Assembly (NCBI GenBank): GCA_964505185.1
Contig: CAZDGM010000004.1
Span: 2,054-66,053, forward strand
DNA from: an uncultured Thermodesulfobacteriota bacterium
GTDB lineage: Bacteria; Desulfobacterota; JBBIRW01
Direction of reading: 5' to 3'
Length of the DNA stretch: 64,000 bases
Shown: positions 29,542 to 40,356 of the stretch, one piece after another
How the letters are laid out: each line of letters opens with the position of its first letter
Position numbering within the stretch: position 1 is the first letter of the stretch
Made by a program: the position numbers and the translations under genes
Notes under the pieces: model-generated
What the model was told of the DNA's origin: nothing
Seen by the model: the letters and a program-made list of their open reading frames with translations, nothing else
Databases searched by the model: none

Positions 29542-31131
29542 ATGCAAATCTTAAGGTTAAAGAGCCTGCAGATAAAGTTAATCCTGCTTATTATCCCTAT
29601 ACTTATAGCCATATTTATCATCTCCACCTTTCTCAGCGCGAGGATGCTTAAAAGGTCTACAGAGGAGGATATGAAAAAAAGGTCTGTATCTATCGCCGAG
29701 GATCTGGCTTCTGACCTCCTTGAGCTTGAAACGATCAATGAAAAAAATATAAATGCCTTTTTAATGGAATCGATGAAATCCCACAGAGAAGTCCTTCAGA
29801 TAGATCTCTTCAGAATAAAAAATGGGAAGGTATCAATTATAGCATCAACATCAGCAAAGAAAGAGGCGGTTCATTTTGATCCAAGAAGGATAATAAATTC
29901 CTTTTCAAGAGGTGAAATTGTAACAAAGCTTGAATCGAAGGAAGAAAGGAGACTCTGGACTGTTTACTATCCACTGAAGGAATTATCATTATGTTTGAGG
30001 ATAAGGATTTCACTCCATGAGGCTGATGTGATAATAGAGAGACAGAAAAAACAGGCCATGATTATCTCCTCTATTTCTATCCTGCTCATAGCCTCTGTTA
30101 TTATACTTTTTGTTAGAAATACAATAAACAAACCAATAAGTAAGCTTATCAATGCGATGAAACTTGCTGAAGAAGGAAAACTTGATACAGAGGTAAGTGT
30201 TGGAAGTGGAGATGAAATAGAAATCCTTACAAGGAATTTCAATAATATGATGAGAAAAATAAAGGAGAGCAGGGATGAAAACGTCCTTCTACTCGAAAAG
30301 ATAAATAAATTCAATCTTGAACTTCAAGAAAAAATAAAGGAAGCAACAAGGGAACTCGAGAATAGAAACCTTGAATTGCAGAGGGTAAATGAAATCCTCT
30401 TCCAAACGCAGATACAGCTCGGCCATATGGAAAAACTGGCTGCGGTTGGCCAACTTGCAGCCATCATTGCACATGAAATAGGAACCCCCCTTAATTCAAT
30501 ATCGGGCTATATTCAGTTACTCCTGAGGGAAGATGCAGATAAGGAACTGATAAAGAGGAGACTTGAAATAATGGATTCACAGGTCAATCGTGTAACGGAA
30601 ATTCTTAAAAATCTGCTTATAGCTACAAGACCGCCAGCTCCCTCAATTGAAAAGGTTAATATAAAGAAGGTACTCGATGAAATCCTGAGCTTCGCAACAC
30701 TCGGTCTCAGCGCCAAGGGGATTGTAACTGAAGTGGATATAGAGGAACTTCCAGAAATTGAGGCTGATCCGAACCAGCTTCAGCAGGCATTTCTTAATAT
30801 AATAATGAACGCTATAGATGCCATGCCTGATGGGGGAAAACTGAGCATTAAAGCAGCAATGGATGGCAATGCCATAACCATATCCTTTACTGATACGGGC
30901 ACAGGTATTCCTCCCGAGCATCTGAAAAAGATCTTTGACCCCTTCTTCACAACAAAGGAAAGGGGGAAGGGTGCAGGTCTGGGACTCACCGTCTGCAAGG
31001 AAATCGTTAAGAAACACAATGGTGAGATAAGGGTTGACAGTAAGCCCGGTGAGGGAAGTCGTTTTACCCTCTATTTTCCATTAAAAGAGGAAAGCAACAA
31101 TGATGAAGGGAAAAAGGATACTAATTCTTGA
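29542..31131 (+). CDS. sensor histidine kinase (TM, HAMP, HisKA, HATPase_c)
   Basis: HAMP after the second TM segment; H-box AHEIGTPLNSI; N/G boxes [30 protein letters not shown]. Confidence 0.85.
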   Translation: MQILRLKSLQIKLILLIIPILIAIFIISTFLSARMLKRSTEEDMKKRSVSIAEDLASDLLELETINEKNINAFLMESMKSHREVLQIDLFRIKNGKVSIIASTSAKKEAVHFDPRRIINSFSRGEIVTKLESKEERRLWTVYYPLKELSLCLRIRISLHEADVIIERQKKQAMIISSISILLIASVIILFVRNTINKPISKLINAMKLAEEGKLDTEVSVGSGDEIEILTRNFNNMMRKIKESRDENVLLLEKINKFNLELQEKIKEATRELENRNLELQRVNEILFQTQIQLGHMEKLAAVGQLAAIIAHEIGTPLNSISGYIQLLLREDADKELIKRRLEIMDSQVNRVTEILKNLLIATRPPAPSIEKVNIKKVLDEILSFATLGLSAKGIVTEVDIEELPEIEADPNQLQQAFLNIIMNAIDAMPDGGKLSIKAAMDGNAITISFTDTGTGIPPEHLKKIFDPFFTTKERGKGAGLGLTVCKEIVKKHNGEIRVDSKPGEGSRFTLYFPLKEESNNDEGKKDTNS

Positions 31132-32470
31132 TGATGATCCTGTAACCTGCAATTTTCTAAAAGAGCTCCTCAGTAAGGAAGGATACGAGGTATTTACAAC
31201 AACAAAAGGCCATGAGGCACTTAAACTCGGAAGAGAAATAGATTTCAATCTTGTTATATCCGACATAAGGCTTGATGAGAGTGATGGATTTGAGATTCTC
31301 AAAACCTTTAGAAGGATTAAGCCTGGATTACCAATAATCCTTATTACAGCATTTGGATCTGTTGAGGGTGCCCTTGAAGCAATAAAGGAGGGTGCATTTG
31401 ATTATATAAGTAAGCCTTTCAGAATTGATGACCTTCTTCAAAAGATATCCCAGGCTATTGAAAGAAGCATAAGTGAAGATGAAATGCAAATAAAAACCCA
31501 AACTGCAAGGAGACAATACGATTTTTCAAATATAGTAGGGATAAATACAAAAATGCTTGATATTTTTAAGACCGTTGCAAGAATTGCCAGTTCAAAGAGC
31601 ACCGTTCTGATCCAGGGTGAAAGCGGAACGGGTAAGGAGGTTGTTGCACGTGCAATACATTTAAACAGTCCAAGGGCCTCGAAACCATTCATAGTTATAA
31701 ACTGTAGCTCCATTCCTGAAACACTCCTGGAAAGCGAACTTTTTGGATATGTTAAAGGAGCATTTACTGGGGCAACGATAAACAAGAAAGGGTTGCTGGA
31801 AGAGGCGCATCATGGAACATGCTTCATTGATGAAATCGGAGATCTTCCACAATCCATTCAGATAAAGCTCCTCCGTTTCCTTCAGGATCACAGGATAAGA
31901 AGGATTGGAAGCAATGAGGAAATAGAGGTTGACGTAAGAATTGTTGCTGCAACAAACAAGAATCTTGAAGAATTGGTAAAAAAAGGGGTTTTCAGAGAAG
32001 ACCTTTATTACAGATTAAATGTCGTAAATATATACATACCACCCCTCAGGGAAAGAAAGGATGATATACCTGCTCTCGTCGATCATTTTATAAGAAAATA
32101 TGGTATTGAGAACAATAAGAATGTATATGGAATTTCTGATGAAGCAATTGAAATACTTCTTTCATACGAATGGCCGGGCAATGTCAGGGAACTTGAAAAT
32201 GTTATTCAGAGGGCAGTAACACTTTCTCATGGACCGATAATAAGACCGGAAGATCTTCCAGATCATATATACAGGAAGGAACCATCCTATCTTCCTTCGG
32301 ATGAACTTCTCTCCCTCAGGGAGGTGCAGAAAAGATATATTATAAAAATCCTTGAGAAAACAGGCGGAAACAAAAGCAAAGCAGCGGAAATTCTTGGAAT
32401 AAACAGAAAAACGTTGTATAGAATTGCGAGGAGATATGGAATTGATATCGACAGAGACGGCAAAAACTGA
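31100..32470 (+). CDS. sigma-54-dependent response regulator (NtrC family: REC, AAA+ and Fis-type HTH)
   Basis: REC Asp pocket (ILDDD...SDIRL); Walker A GESGTGKE; GAFTGA sigma-54 contact motif; C-terminal HTH (KSKAAEILGINRKTLYR). Overlaps the kinase stop. Confidence 0.9.
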   Translation: MMKGKRILILDDDPVTCNFLKELLSKEGYEVFTTTKGHEALKLGREIDFNLVISDIRLDESDGFEILKTFRRIKPGLPIILITAFGSVEGALEAIKEGAFDYISKPFRIDDLLQKISQAIERSISEDEMQIKTQTARRQYDFSNIVGINTKMLDIFKTVARIASSKSTVLIQGESGTGKEVVARAIHLNSPRASKPFIVINCSSIPETLLESELFGYVKGAFTGATINKKGLLEEAHHGTCFIDEIGDLPQSIQIKLLRFLQDHRIRRIGSNEEIEVDVRIVAATNKNLEELVKKGVFREDLYYRLNVVNIYIPPLRERKDDIPALVDHFIRKYGIENNKNVYGISDEAIEILLSYEWPGNVRELENVIQRAVTLSHGPIIRPEDLPDHIYRKEPSYLPSDELLSLREVQKRYIIKILEKTGGNKSKAAEILGINRKTLYRIARRYGIDIDRDGKN

Positions 32471-34112
32471 GAAATTTCTGTTTCTATCTATTCTCATCTT
32501 TTCCTTCTTTTTATTCATTTATGGAAATGGATTAATCAGTCTCTTTGATGTAGATGAGGTTAGTTTCGCCCAAGCTGCCCGTGAAATGATGGAGAGGGGA
32601 GACTACATTGTCCCAACCTTCAATAACCAATATAGATTTGATAAACCTGTATTTTTTTACTGGTTACTTATTGCATCCTATAAAATCTTTGGAATAAATG
32701 AATTCTCAGCAAGATTCCCCTCTGTGATCTCTGCACTATTTCTTCTTTCAATCCAATACCTCTTCCTTAAAAGATTTGCAAATCCAGAAATATCAATCAT
32801 CAGTATTGTTATGCTTATTACAAATCTTGAATTCTTTATCGTTGCAAAGGCAGCTATCACCGATATGCTTCTCTGCCTCTTTACATATATTATTCTTTAC
32901 TCCTTCTTTACTGCACTTCATATGGAAGGCAAATGGAGAAACATTTTTATATATTTAGCATCCATATCCGCCTCACTTGCCGTCCTCACGAAAGGCCCTG
33001 TCGGAATAGTCCTTCCTTCGATCGTGATATCCTTTTATCTCATTATTAATGGCGAACTCAAGAGATTTCTTAAAACATTTCCGATTTTTACAGCAATGCT
33101 TATTTTTCTTATTATTGTTATTCCATGGTATATAGCCATACATCTGAAAACCGGAGGAAAATTTACCGAGGTATTCTTTCTAAAACACAATATACAAAGA
33201 TATACAAAACCCATATCAGGTCATGCTGGACCTTTCTACTATTACTTGTTTGTTATAATACTGGGTTTCTTTCCATGGTCAATAATACTATTTCCATCCA
33301 TTATCAGCTCCCTGAATAGTTTATGGAGTAAAAATAATACAAGCTTAAGCTTTAACCTTCATCTCTTTATGCTAATTATAACAGCAACATACATTATATT
33401 CTTTTCATTCGCAAAAACAAAACTTCCCCACTATATCCTTCCCATCTTTCCAGCAATGGCAACAATCTGCTCAGAATGGATTGGACTGAAAAAGAAAAAA
33501 CCAAAAGCAACTTCTATATCACTTTATATAATGGCGATTACCCTCGGAGTCATCTTCTATTCAATATTTATAATCAATAGAAATCCAGCAATAATTGGCG
33601 AACATCTGGCAAATATTATTTCGGAGTACAGGATTCAGAAGGCTTACATATTTCTCATCTTCTCTATTCTGTTCTTCTTATCGTTTATAACTGCTGGTTA
33701 TCTCTTTTCAAAAAATAAAAAAATAACAGCTTTTATCATTCTCTCAACGACGATGATAATCTTCCAGGTAAGCTCCATAAAGGTTCTTGCTCCGCAGATA
33801 GAAAATCTCATCCAGGGTGATAAATTAAGGATTGCAAAGGCATGCCGCTTAATTTTAAAGCCCAAAGATCAGCTCTATATATACAGGGACAATCTTCCAA
33901 GCATACTCTATTATTCAGGTCATCCCTATATATGGGTTACTTCATCAGGCTTTGATATTATAAAAGAGAAGGTATCATCAGGTGAGCCATTTTTTCTGAT
34001 CACATCAAAAAAGAATATGAAAAATTTAATGGAAAAAGGATTTCATCTTCGCATATTGAAAATTGAAGGTAAATATGTAATCCTTTCCAATGGTTATCAT
34101 GGGAATGAATAA
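32424..34112 (+). CDS. GT39/GT83-like polyprenol-phosphate-sugar-dependent glycosyltransferase (ArnT / PMT family)
   Basis: N-terminus DVDEVSFAQAAREMMERGDYIVPTFNNQYRFDKPVFFYWLL is the ArnT/PMT signature; about 12 TM segments. Overlaps the response-regulator stop. Confidence 0.8.
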   Translation: MRGDMELISTETAKTEKFLFLSILIFSFFLFIYGNGLISLFDVDEVSFAQAAREMMERGDYIVPTFNNQYRFDKPVFFYWLLIASYKIFGINEFSARFPSVISALFLLSIQYLFLKRFANPEISIISIVMLITNLEFFIVAKAAITDMLLCLFTYIILYSFFTALHMEGKWRNIFIYLASISASLAVLTKGPVGIVLPSIVISFYLIINGELKRFLKTFPIFTAMLIFLIIVIPWYIAIHLKTGGKFTEVFFLKHNIQRYTKPISGHAGPFYYYLFVIILGFFPWSIILFPSIISSLNSLWSKNNTSLSFNLHLFMLIITATYIIFFSFAKTKLPHYILPIFPAMATICSEWIGLKKKKPKATSISLYIMAITLGVIFYSIFIINRNPAIIGEHLANIISEYRIQKAYIFLIFSILFFLSFITAGYLFSKNKKITAFIILSTTMIIFQVSSIKVLAPQIENLIQGDKLRIAKACRLILKPKDQLYIYRDNLPSILYYSGHPYIWVTSSGFDIIKEKVSSGEPFFLITSKKNMKNLMEKGFHLRILKIEGKYVILSNGYHGNE

Positions 34113-34133
34113 AAACAGAGAGAATGATTTCAG

Positions 34134-35129
34134 ATGATTTCCATAGTTATTCCATGTTTTAATGAAGAGAAGAGCCTGGTACCCCTTGTTGAGAAAATCA
34201 GAGATGTAATGAATAGGGTAACTGAAAGCTATGAAATCATCATCGTTGATGATGGTAGCACTGATGGAAGCGCAGAAAGGATAAAAAATCTTTCTTCACG
34301 CTTTCCATCCGTCAAAGGAATAAGACTCAGGAGGAACTTTGGACAAACAGCTGCCCTTGCATGCGGCTTTCAGTATGCAAAAGGTGAGATAATAGTAACG
34401 ATGGATGCGGATTTACAAAATGATCCTGAAGACATTCCGATTCTGCTTGAAAAAATAAATCAGGGCTATGATGTTGTGAGTGGATGGAGAATCAACAGGA
34501 AGGACGATTTCCTTACAAGAATTCTTCCATCAAAGATCGCAAACTACCTAATAGGAAAAATCACCGCTATAAAACTCCATGATTATGGATGCTCACTCAA
34601 GGCATACAGATCGGAAGTTATTAAAAATATGGAGCTTTACGGAGAACTGCACAGATTCATACCAGCGCTTGCAAAGATACAGGGCGCAGAAATAACAGAG
34701 GTGCCCGTTCAACATCATCCGCGTCTTCACGGAAAAAGTAAATATACGCTTTCAAGAACATTTCGCGTTCTGCTTGACCTTATTCTCGTAAAGTTCCTCC
34801 TGAGTTATTCCACGAGACCCATCCACTTTTTTGGAACAGCTGGTCTTTTATTCTCATCTATCGGTTTTTTTATCTGCCTTTATCTTGGTGCACTGAAAAT
34901 CCTCTATGCATATAGCATAGGCGGGAGACCACTGCTCCTCCTCGGAATCCTATTAATAACCACAGGCATACAGTTGCTCACAATCGGAATCCTCTCTGAG
35001 ATCCAGATAAGAACCTATTTTGAATCACAGAAAAAGCCCATTTATGTAATAAAGGAATTCATCAACATAAAAGAGACGAATCATTCAGGTAAGGTTTTCA
35101 ACAAAACTTCTGTTTCTCTCAAGGATTGA
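34134..35129 (+). CDS. GT2 polyprenol-phosphate sugar transferase (ArnC/GtrB/DPM1-like) with two C-terminal TM helices
   Basis: ISIVIPCFNEE, VDDGSTDGS, TMDADLQND (DxD) motifs; two C-terminal TM segments. Confidence 0.85.
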   Translation: MISIVIPCFNEEKSLVPLVEKIRDVMNRVTESYEIIIVDDGSTDGSAERIKNLSSRFPSVKGIRLRRNFGQTAALACGFQYAKGEIIVTMDADLQNDPEDIPILLEKINQGYDVVSGWRINRKDDFLTRILPSKIANYLIGKITAIKLHDYGCSLKAYRSEVIKNMELYGELHRFIPALAKIQGAEITEVPVQHHPRLHGKSKYTLSRTFRVLLDLILVKFLLSYSTRPIHFFGTAGLLFSSIGFFICLYLGALKILYAYSIGGRPLLLLGILLITTGIQLLTIGILSEIQIRTYFESQKKPIYVIKEFINIKETNHSGKVFNKTSVSLKD

Positions 35130-36134
35130 ATAGAAAAGTCTCTTCTGAAAACGCTGTATAGGAGGGAGTGATCTCCTTACTGTTTCAATTCTCCTGTGGC
35201 TTGCCTCAAGTTCAATCCTGTCAATCCTTCCTTCCTTTATTGCTTTTTCAATCCCCTCTATTGCTATAAGGTGTTTTTTGTAATCATGACATATAAGCAC
35301 AAGATCACATCCTGCCTTAAGCGCAAGCACAGCTGCCTCCTCTATTGAATAATTTGAAACTATCGCACCCATTTCCATATCATCAGTTATCACAAGGCCC
35401 CTGAACCCCAATTCCTCCCTGAGAAGATTTCTTATAATAATTCTTGAGAGTGTAGCTGGAAAAACATCGTCAATTGAAGTATAAAGGATATGTGCTGTCA
35501 TTATGAGATTTACACCTTCCCTTATAGCCTCAATAAATGGGATAAGTTCCAGGTTTTTTAATCTTTCGATACTGTGATTTATAACAGGCATCTCATGATG
35601 GGAATCAGTTAATGTATCACCGTGTCCGGGAAAATGTTTACCCGTAGAAAGCAAACCAGCGCTTCTCAGCCCCCTTATAACCGCCCTTCCCAGTCTTGCA
35701 ACCTTATGGGGCTCCTTCCCCATTGATCTATCACCAATTGCAAGATTCATCGGGTTTGTATTTACATCAAGAACAGGGGAGAAAACTGCATTGATTCCAA
35801 CATGGCTCAGTTCCTCACCAATGGCTTTCCCGAATGAATATGCAAGAAGTTCTGAGTCCCTTAATCCAAGATCCCTCATGGATGGAAATGGCGTAAAGGG
35901 TTCTTTTAATCTAAGGACCCTTCCGCCTTCTTGATCGACAAATATGAAAAGGGGGGTCTTTGATAGAGACTGGATTTCATGACACAGATTGTGAATTTGC
36001 TCCGGGCTTTCATAATTTCTTGTAAAAAGAACAACACCTGCTATGCCCTTCCTTATCAGATCCTTTAATTCAACAGAAACACTCTTTCCCTTGAATCCTG
36101 CAACAATGAATGCTCCACCCTGAAAACTGGACAT
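35085..36134 (-). CDS. nagZ: beta-N-acetylhexosaminidase NagZ (GH3)
   Basis: GH3 N-domain motifs KHFPGHGDT and VITDDMEMGA. Start placed at the Met preceded by GAGGAT; the longer ORF start at 36188 has no RBS and lies inside the lpdA 3' end. Confidence 0.8.
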   Translation of the reverse strand: MSSFQGGAFIVAGFKGKSVSVELKDLIRKGIAGVVLFTRNYESPEQIHNLCHEIQSLSKTPLFIFVDQEGGRVLRLKEPFTPFPSMRDLGLRDSELLAYSFGKAIGEELSHVGINAVFSPVLDVNTNPMNLAIGDRSMGKEPHKVARLGRAVIRGLRSAGLLSTGKHFPGHGDTLTDSHHEMPVINHSIERLKNLELIPFIEAIREGVNLIMTAHILYTSIDDVFPATLSRIIIRNLLREELGFRGLVITDDMEMGAIVSNYSIEEAAVLALKAGCDLVLICHDYKKHLIAIEGIEKAIKEGRIDRIELEASHRRIETVRRSLPPIQRFQKRLFYSILERNRSFVENLT

Positions 36135-36144
36135 CTTCAGATCC

Positions 36145-37554
36145 TCATGATGTTTTTCCTCTCGGTGGAAGGTGAACGGAATTTCCATAGAAATCGTGGG
36201 CTGCTTCCATCAATGCCTCGGAAAAGCATGGATGTGCATGGATTGTCTCAGCAATATCCCTGATATGAAGTCCAGCCCGCATAGCAACAGCAACCTCATG
36301 CACTAAATCAACAGCATGTGGTCCAATTATATGTGCACCGATAATCCTTCCACTTACACCATCTCCTATAATCTTTACCTCACCCGCGATCTCTCCGGAT
36401 GCATGTGATTTACCCAGGGCACGGAATGGAAACCTTCCAATTTGAACATTATATCCTGCTTCTCTTGCCTGTTTCTCCGTAAGTCCAATCCTTCCTATAT
36501 CTGGAGATGTAAATATACCCACGGGAACAACAGAGTAGTCCATCCTTGTTCTTCCACCTGTTGCATTCACTGCAGCCACAATCCCCTCTGTTGAGGCAAC
36601 ATGAGCAAGCATTAAACCCCCTACTACATCACCAGCAGCATATATCCCTTTAACATCTGTTTCCATACACTCATTGACCCGCACAAACCCCTTTCCATCC
36701 ATATCAACACCGATCTCCTCAAGACCAAGCATGCTGGAATTTGGAGCCCTTCCAACGGAGACAATAATAATATCTGCCTCTACTGCCTTTCCATCGGAAA
36801 GATAAGCCCTGATACCTTCTTCACCTTTTTCCACCGACTCAACCTTTGATTTAAGATGGAGATCGATCTTTCTTTTTCTCATTTCCCTTTCAAGTATCCT
36901 TGAGATATCCTCATCTTCAAAGGGAAGCACCCTTTCCATGATCTCAACCGCAGTGACCCTGCATCCAAGCATATTGAAGATCATTGCATATTCGCATCCA
37001 ATAACACCTGCACCCACTATAAGGACTCTCTCCGGTAGATATTCAAGACTTACAGCCTGATCCCCGGAAATAATCTTCTTTCCATCTATTTCCAATCCTG
37101 GAAGATTAACAGGGCTTGAGCCTGTGCAGATTATAATACTTCTGCAGGTGACCTCCATTTCTTCACCATCAACATTTACAAGAACCCTTCCCTTTCCCAG
37201 AACCTTCCCTTCTCCCCTGATAAGGTTAATTCCATTCTGTTTAAAAAGCCTCTCTATCCCATTTGAAAGTATACTTACAATTCGTTCCTTTCTTGAAATC
37301 GCATCCTTCATAGAGAAATAAACATTTCCCTCTATCTTTATTCCAAACTCATTTGCCTTTCTTATTGATTCAAAAGCCGCAGCTGATGCTACAAGTGATT
37401 TTGTAGGTATACAACCTCTGTTAAGACACACACCTCCGGTTCTCTCCTTCTCGATCACAAAAACTGAGGCGCCCCGCTGTGCTGCCTTTATAGCCGCCAC
37501 ATATCCAGCAGGGCCAGCACCGATTATTGCAATGTCACATCTTACCATTTTCAT
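36145..37554 (-). CDS. lpdA: dihydrolipoyl dehydrogenase
   Basis: FAD motif IGAGPAGY; redox disulfide GGVCLNRGCIPTK; NAD motif VGAGVIGCE; C-terminal dimer-interface His-Pro (HAHPCFSE). Confidence 0.85.
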   Translation of the reverse strand: MKMVRCDIAIIGAGPAGYVAAIKAAQRGASVFVIEKERTGGVCLNRGCIPTKSLVASAAAFESIRKANEFGIKIEGNVYFSMKDAISRKERIVSILSNGIERLFKQNGINLIRGEGKVLGKGRVLVNVDGEEMEVTCRSIIICTGSSPVNLPGLEIDGKKIISGDQAVSLEYLPERVLIVGAGVIGCEYAMIFNMLGCRVTAVEIMERVLPFEDEDISRILEREMRKRKIDLHLKSKVESVEKGEEGIRAYLSDGKAVEADIIIVSVGRAPNSSMLGLEEIGVDMDGKGFVRVNECMETDVKGIYAAGDVVGGLMLAHVASTEGIVAAVNATGGRTRMDYSVVPVGIFTSPDIGRIGLTEKQAREAGYNVQIGRFPFRALGKSHASGEIAGEVKIIGDGVSGRIIGAHIIGPHAVDLVHEVAVAMRAGLHIRDIAETIHAHPCFSEALMEAAHDFYGNSVHLPPRGKTS

Positions 37555-37560
37555 CCTCCA

Positions 37561-37881
37561 TCATCTCTTTGTTTCATCGCAAACCCATTTTATATATCCT
37601 TCAAACCCTCCTGTAACAGGAAGTGATATTATTTCCGGAACACTATAGCTGTGGATACTCCTCACCCTTTCAACAAGCTCTGATAACCTCTCAGGAACTG
37701 TTTTTACGAGGAGCAGCACCTCATTTTCCTCCGAGACCTTTCCCTCCCACCAGAAGAAAGATTTAACGCCTGGAACAATATTAACGCATGCCGCAAGCCT
37801 TTCCTCAATAAGTGTTTTTCCTAATGTCTCAGCTTCCTTGTATGATGCTGATGTAATCAATATTACGCATATAGAACCCAT
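37561..37881 (-). CDS. cutA: divalent-cation tolerance protein CutA
   Basis: LAACVNI...SFFWWEGKV CutA1 signature; 106 aa. Confidence 0.85.
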   Translation of the reverse strand: MGSICVILITSASYKEAETLGKTLIEERLAACVNIVPGVKSFFWWEGKVSEENEVLLLVKTVPERLSELVERVRSIHSYSVPEIISLPVTGGFEGYIKWVCDETKR

Positions 37882-37907
37882 ACTTCCTCCATCATCTTAA
37901 TATTTCT

Positions 37908-38921
37908 TCAGGAAAAAAGTTTTGCTATCTCATCCCGCTCAAAGCGGGGGAGATCAAACCATTTATCACCCCTCTTTATCTTCAATCCCATCTCACGTGA
38001 TACAACTTCTCCTATTATAGATGCCTTTATACCCGAGGCAATCAGTGCATTTAATATGTTTTCTGCATCAGGAGATGGTGAAGAAATCAGCAGTGACCCG
38101 GAAGAAATAGCACCAAGAGGATCAAGAGGGTAATATTCCCTTATCTTCTCAAATTCCGCTATCACAGGTATTGAATCCTCGTAGACTCTTACACCAACAG
38201 AGGATGCAGCTGAAAGCTCATAGAGGGCCAGGGCGAGACCGCCCTCGGTTGGATCATGCATTGCATGAACCCTTCCTGAATTCATTGATATCTCCGCTTC
38301 CTTTATAACACTGATACCCGGCTCATATATAAAATTCTTGCATCGCTCAACAAAATCACTTCCAGTTCTTTTCAAAAGTTCATCGTGTTTTTCCCTCGCA
38401 ATTATTGATGTTGCCTCAAGAGGAACACCCTTTGTCAATATAAGTAAATCACCCTCCTTCGCCCCACCTGTTGAAACAAGTTTTTCCTTCTCCACTTCAC
38501 CGGCCATAAGACCAATAACAATTGGTCTGTCGATTCCATAAGTTATCTCTGTATGACCACCACATAGTGAAACATTTATTGAAGAACAAGCTTGATTTAT
38601 CTGATTGAATAGCCTTTCAACATCCTCAGCGAAGAAACCCTCCGGGATTAGAAGTGTCACAAGAAGCCATTTCGGCTTTCCTCCGCTTGCAGCTATGTCA
38701 TTGGCATTTATGTGTACAGCATAGTATCCAATATCCTCCGCAACGAAAGTAATGGGGTCTGTTTTTAAAAGAAGATACCTGTCACCAAAATCTATTGCAG
38801 TTGCATCCTCACCGATACGTGGACCGAGAACAATCCTTCTGTCAGTGATGTTAATTCTGGAGATAAGTCTTTCAAGCAGCTCTAAGGGAATCTTTCCGAT
38901 CGGAAGAGGCTGACCCTTCAT
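37908..38921 (-). CDS. AIR-synthase-related (PurM-like) protein
   Basis: PurM N- and C-domain pattern (GEDATAIDFG...DIAASGGKP). Lacks the HypE PRIC C-terminus and the SelD Cys/Sec N-terminus. Confidence 0.65.
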   Translation of the reverse strand: MKGQPLPIGKIPLELLERLISRINITDRRIVLGPRIGEDATAIDFGDRYLLLKTDPITFVAEDIGYYAVHINANDIAASGGKPKWLLVTLLIPEGFFAEDVERLFNQINQACSSINVSLCGGHTEITYGIDRPIVIGLMAGEVEKEKLVSTGGAKEGDLLILTKGVPLEATSIIAREKHDELLKRTGSDFVERCKNFIYEPGISVIKEAEISMNSGRVHAMHDPTEGGLALALYELSAASSVGVRVYEDSIPVIAEFEKIREYYPLDPLGAISSGSLLISSPSPDAENILNALIASGIKASIIGEVVSREMGLKIKRGDKWFDLPRFERDEIAKLFS

Positions 38922-38922
38922 C

Positions 38923-40356
38923 CTATCTTACACCTTTATCCTTAAGGATCTTCTCTGCAAATTCAACCGCCTGATTCCTCGTTTTTATCAACCCCAGTAA
39001 CCTCTTCTCCTCAACCAGATCCAGTATCTTACCTATTATTGGACCCGGCGGGATCCTGAACATCTCCATTATATCCCTTCCCGTGATAAGTCTTTCCCTC
39101 TTCTTTGATGGAATGTAGGTGTTGAAATAGTAGTAAGTAAACTGATTCACAAAATCATAAAGATTATTAAATTCCTTCATATTTCTTTTGGATGCCATTT
39201 TATCTGCAAGGAACAGAAGTATTGATGATATGAATTCCTCTGTTCTTCTGAAAAATCTTGCCATTATCCTTTCACTTTCATGCTTTCCGTAAAAGAGCCG
39301 TGTAAGATATATATAAGTCTCCATTGTATTCTTGATGAAAACAATCTCCCTTGTTGAGAGTCTCCAGTTTCTTGCTATAGACTTTGAAATTTCAATGCTC
39401 TCCTTTTCGTGTCCATAGAAATGCATTTTGCCATCAATGCCTTTTGTTGCTGTTCTCGTTTTTCCTGAATCGTGAAGTAACGAAAGAAATTTTAAAAGCG
39501 ATCTCCTGCTTCTCCCTTTAACAAGCTCTTCATTCATATAGGTGGATATGTGTTCACGATTATTTATAAACTCATCCAGTATCTCAGTTGATCCACCCTC
39601 AATGCCATTACATATAAGTTCAAGCTTTTCAAGGCATAGAAGTGTATGGGTCCAAACATCCTCCATATGGTAAGTATCCTGTTCAATCCTTTTCATCTCC
39701 TTTACAACTGGAATCATGAACGAAAGGAGTCCACTTTCCTCCATCTTTGCTATCAGATATGCACAATTTCTCATACCGAGTATTTTGAAGAACTCATCCC
39801 TTATCCTTTCGGGTGAAACATCCATTATCTTGCTTCTTTTTTCAGAAATTGCCTCAAGTGTTTCAGAATCAATTGTAAATCCAAGTGTTCCTGCAAGCCT
39901 GAATGCACGGACAAACCTTAAAGGATCAGCAACAAGAGCATCTACTGACGTCATCCTGATGATTCCCTTGTTGATATCATCGATCCCTCCCAATGGATCA
40001 ACAATAGTCATCCTCTTTAGATCGTAGGCTATTGCATCAATGGTAAAGTCCCTTAAAGAAAGGTCGTTTTCTATTGAACGTATCAGTGGTGAAAAATCAA
40101 AATTCCTCCCCCCTTTTTCCACAAATCTAACAACCCCCTGTTCCCTGTCGAGGAAAAAAGGGGAGCCTTCAATTATTCCGCAGAGCCTTCTTGCAACCGA
40201 GATGGGCTCGCCTTCCATAACAAAATCTAAATCTTCAGGAATTCTGCCAAGCAGGATATCCCTTACCGCACCCCCAACGAGATAGATATTTCCATTTACT
40301 ATTTGTGACAATCTTTTAAATATTTCACAATCAAAGCCTGCCTTTTCCATGATCAT
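38923..40356 (-). CDS. cca: CCA tRNA nucleotidyltransferase (PolyA_pol head plus HD domain)
   Basis: [20 protein letters not shown] Pol-beta-type head; RFAGTLG; HD domain (HDSGK). Confidence 0.8.
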   Translation of the reverse strand: MIMEKAGFDCEIFKRLSQIVNGNIYLVGGAVRDILLGRIPEDLDFVMEGEPISVARRLCGIIEGSPFFLDREQGVVRFVEKGGRNFDFSPLIRSIENDLSLRDFTIDAIAYDLKRMTIVDPLGGIDDINKGIIRMTSVDALVADPLRFVRAFRLAGTLGFTIDSETLEAISEKRSKIMDVSPERIRDEFFKILGMRNCAYLIAKMEESGLLSFMIPVVKEMKRIEQDTYHMEDVWTHTLLCLEKLELICNGIEGGSTEILDEFINNREHISTYMNEELVKGRSRRSLLKFLSLLHDSGKTRTATKGIDGKMHFYGHEKESIEISKSIARNWRLSTREIVFIKNTMETYIYLTRLFYGKHESERIMARFFRRTEEFISSILLFLADKMASKRNMKEFNNLYDFVNQFTYYYFNTYIPSKKRERLITGRDIMEMFRIPPGPIIGKILDLVEEKRLLGLIKTRNQAVEFAEKILKDKGVR

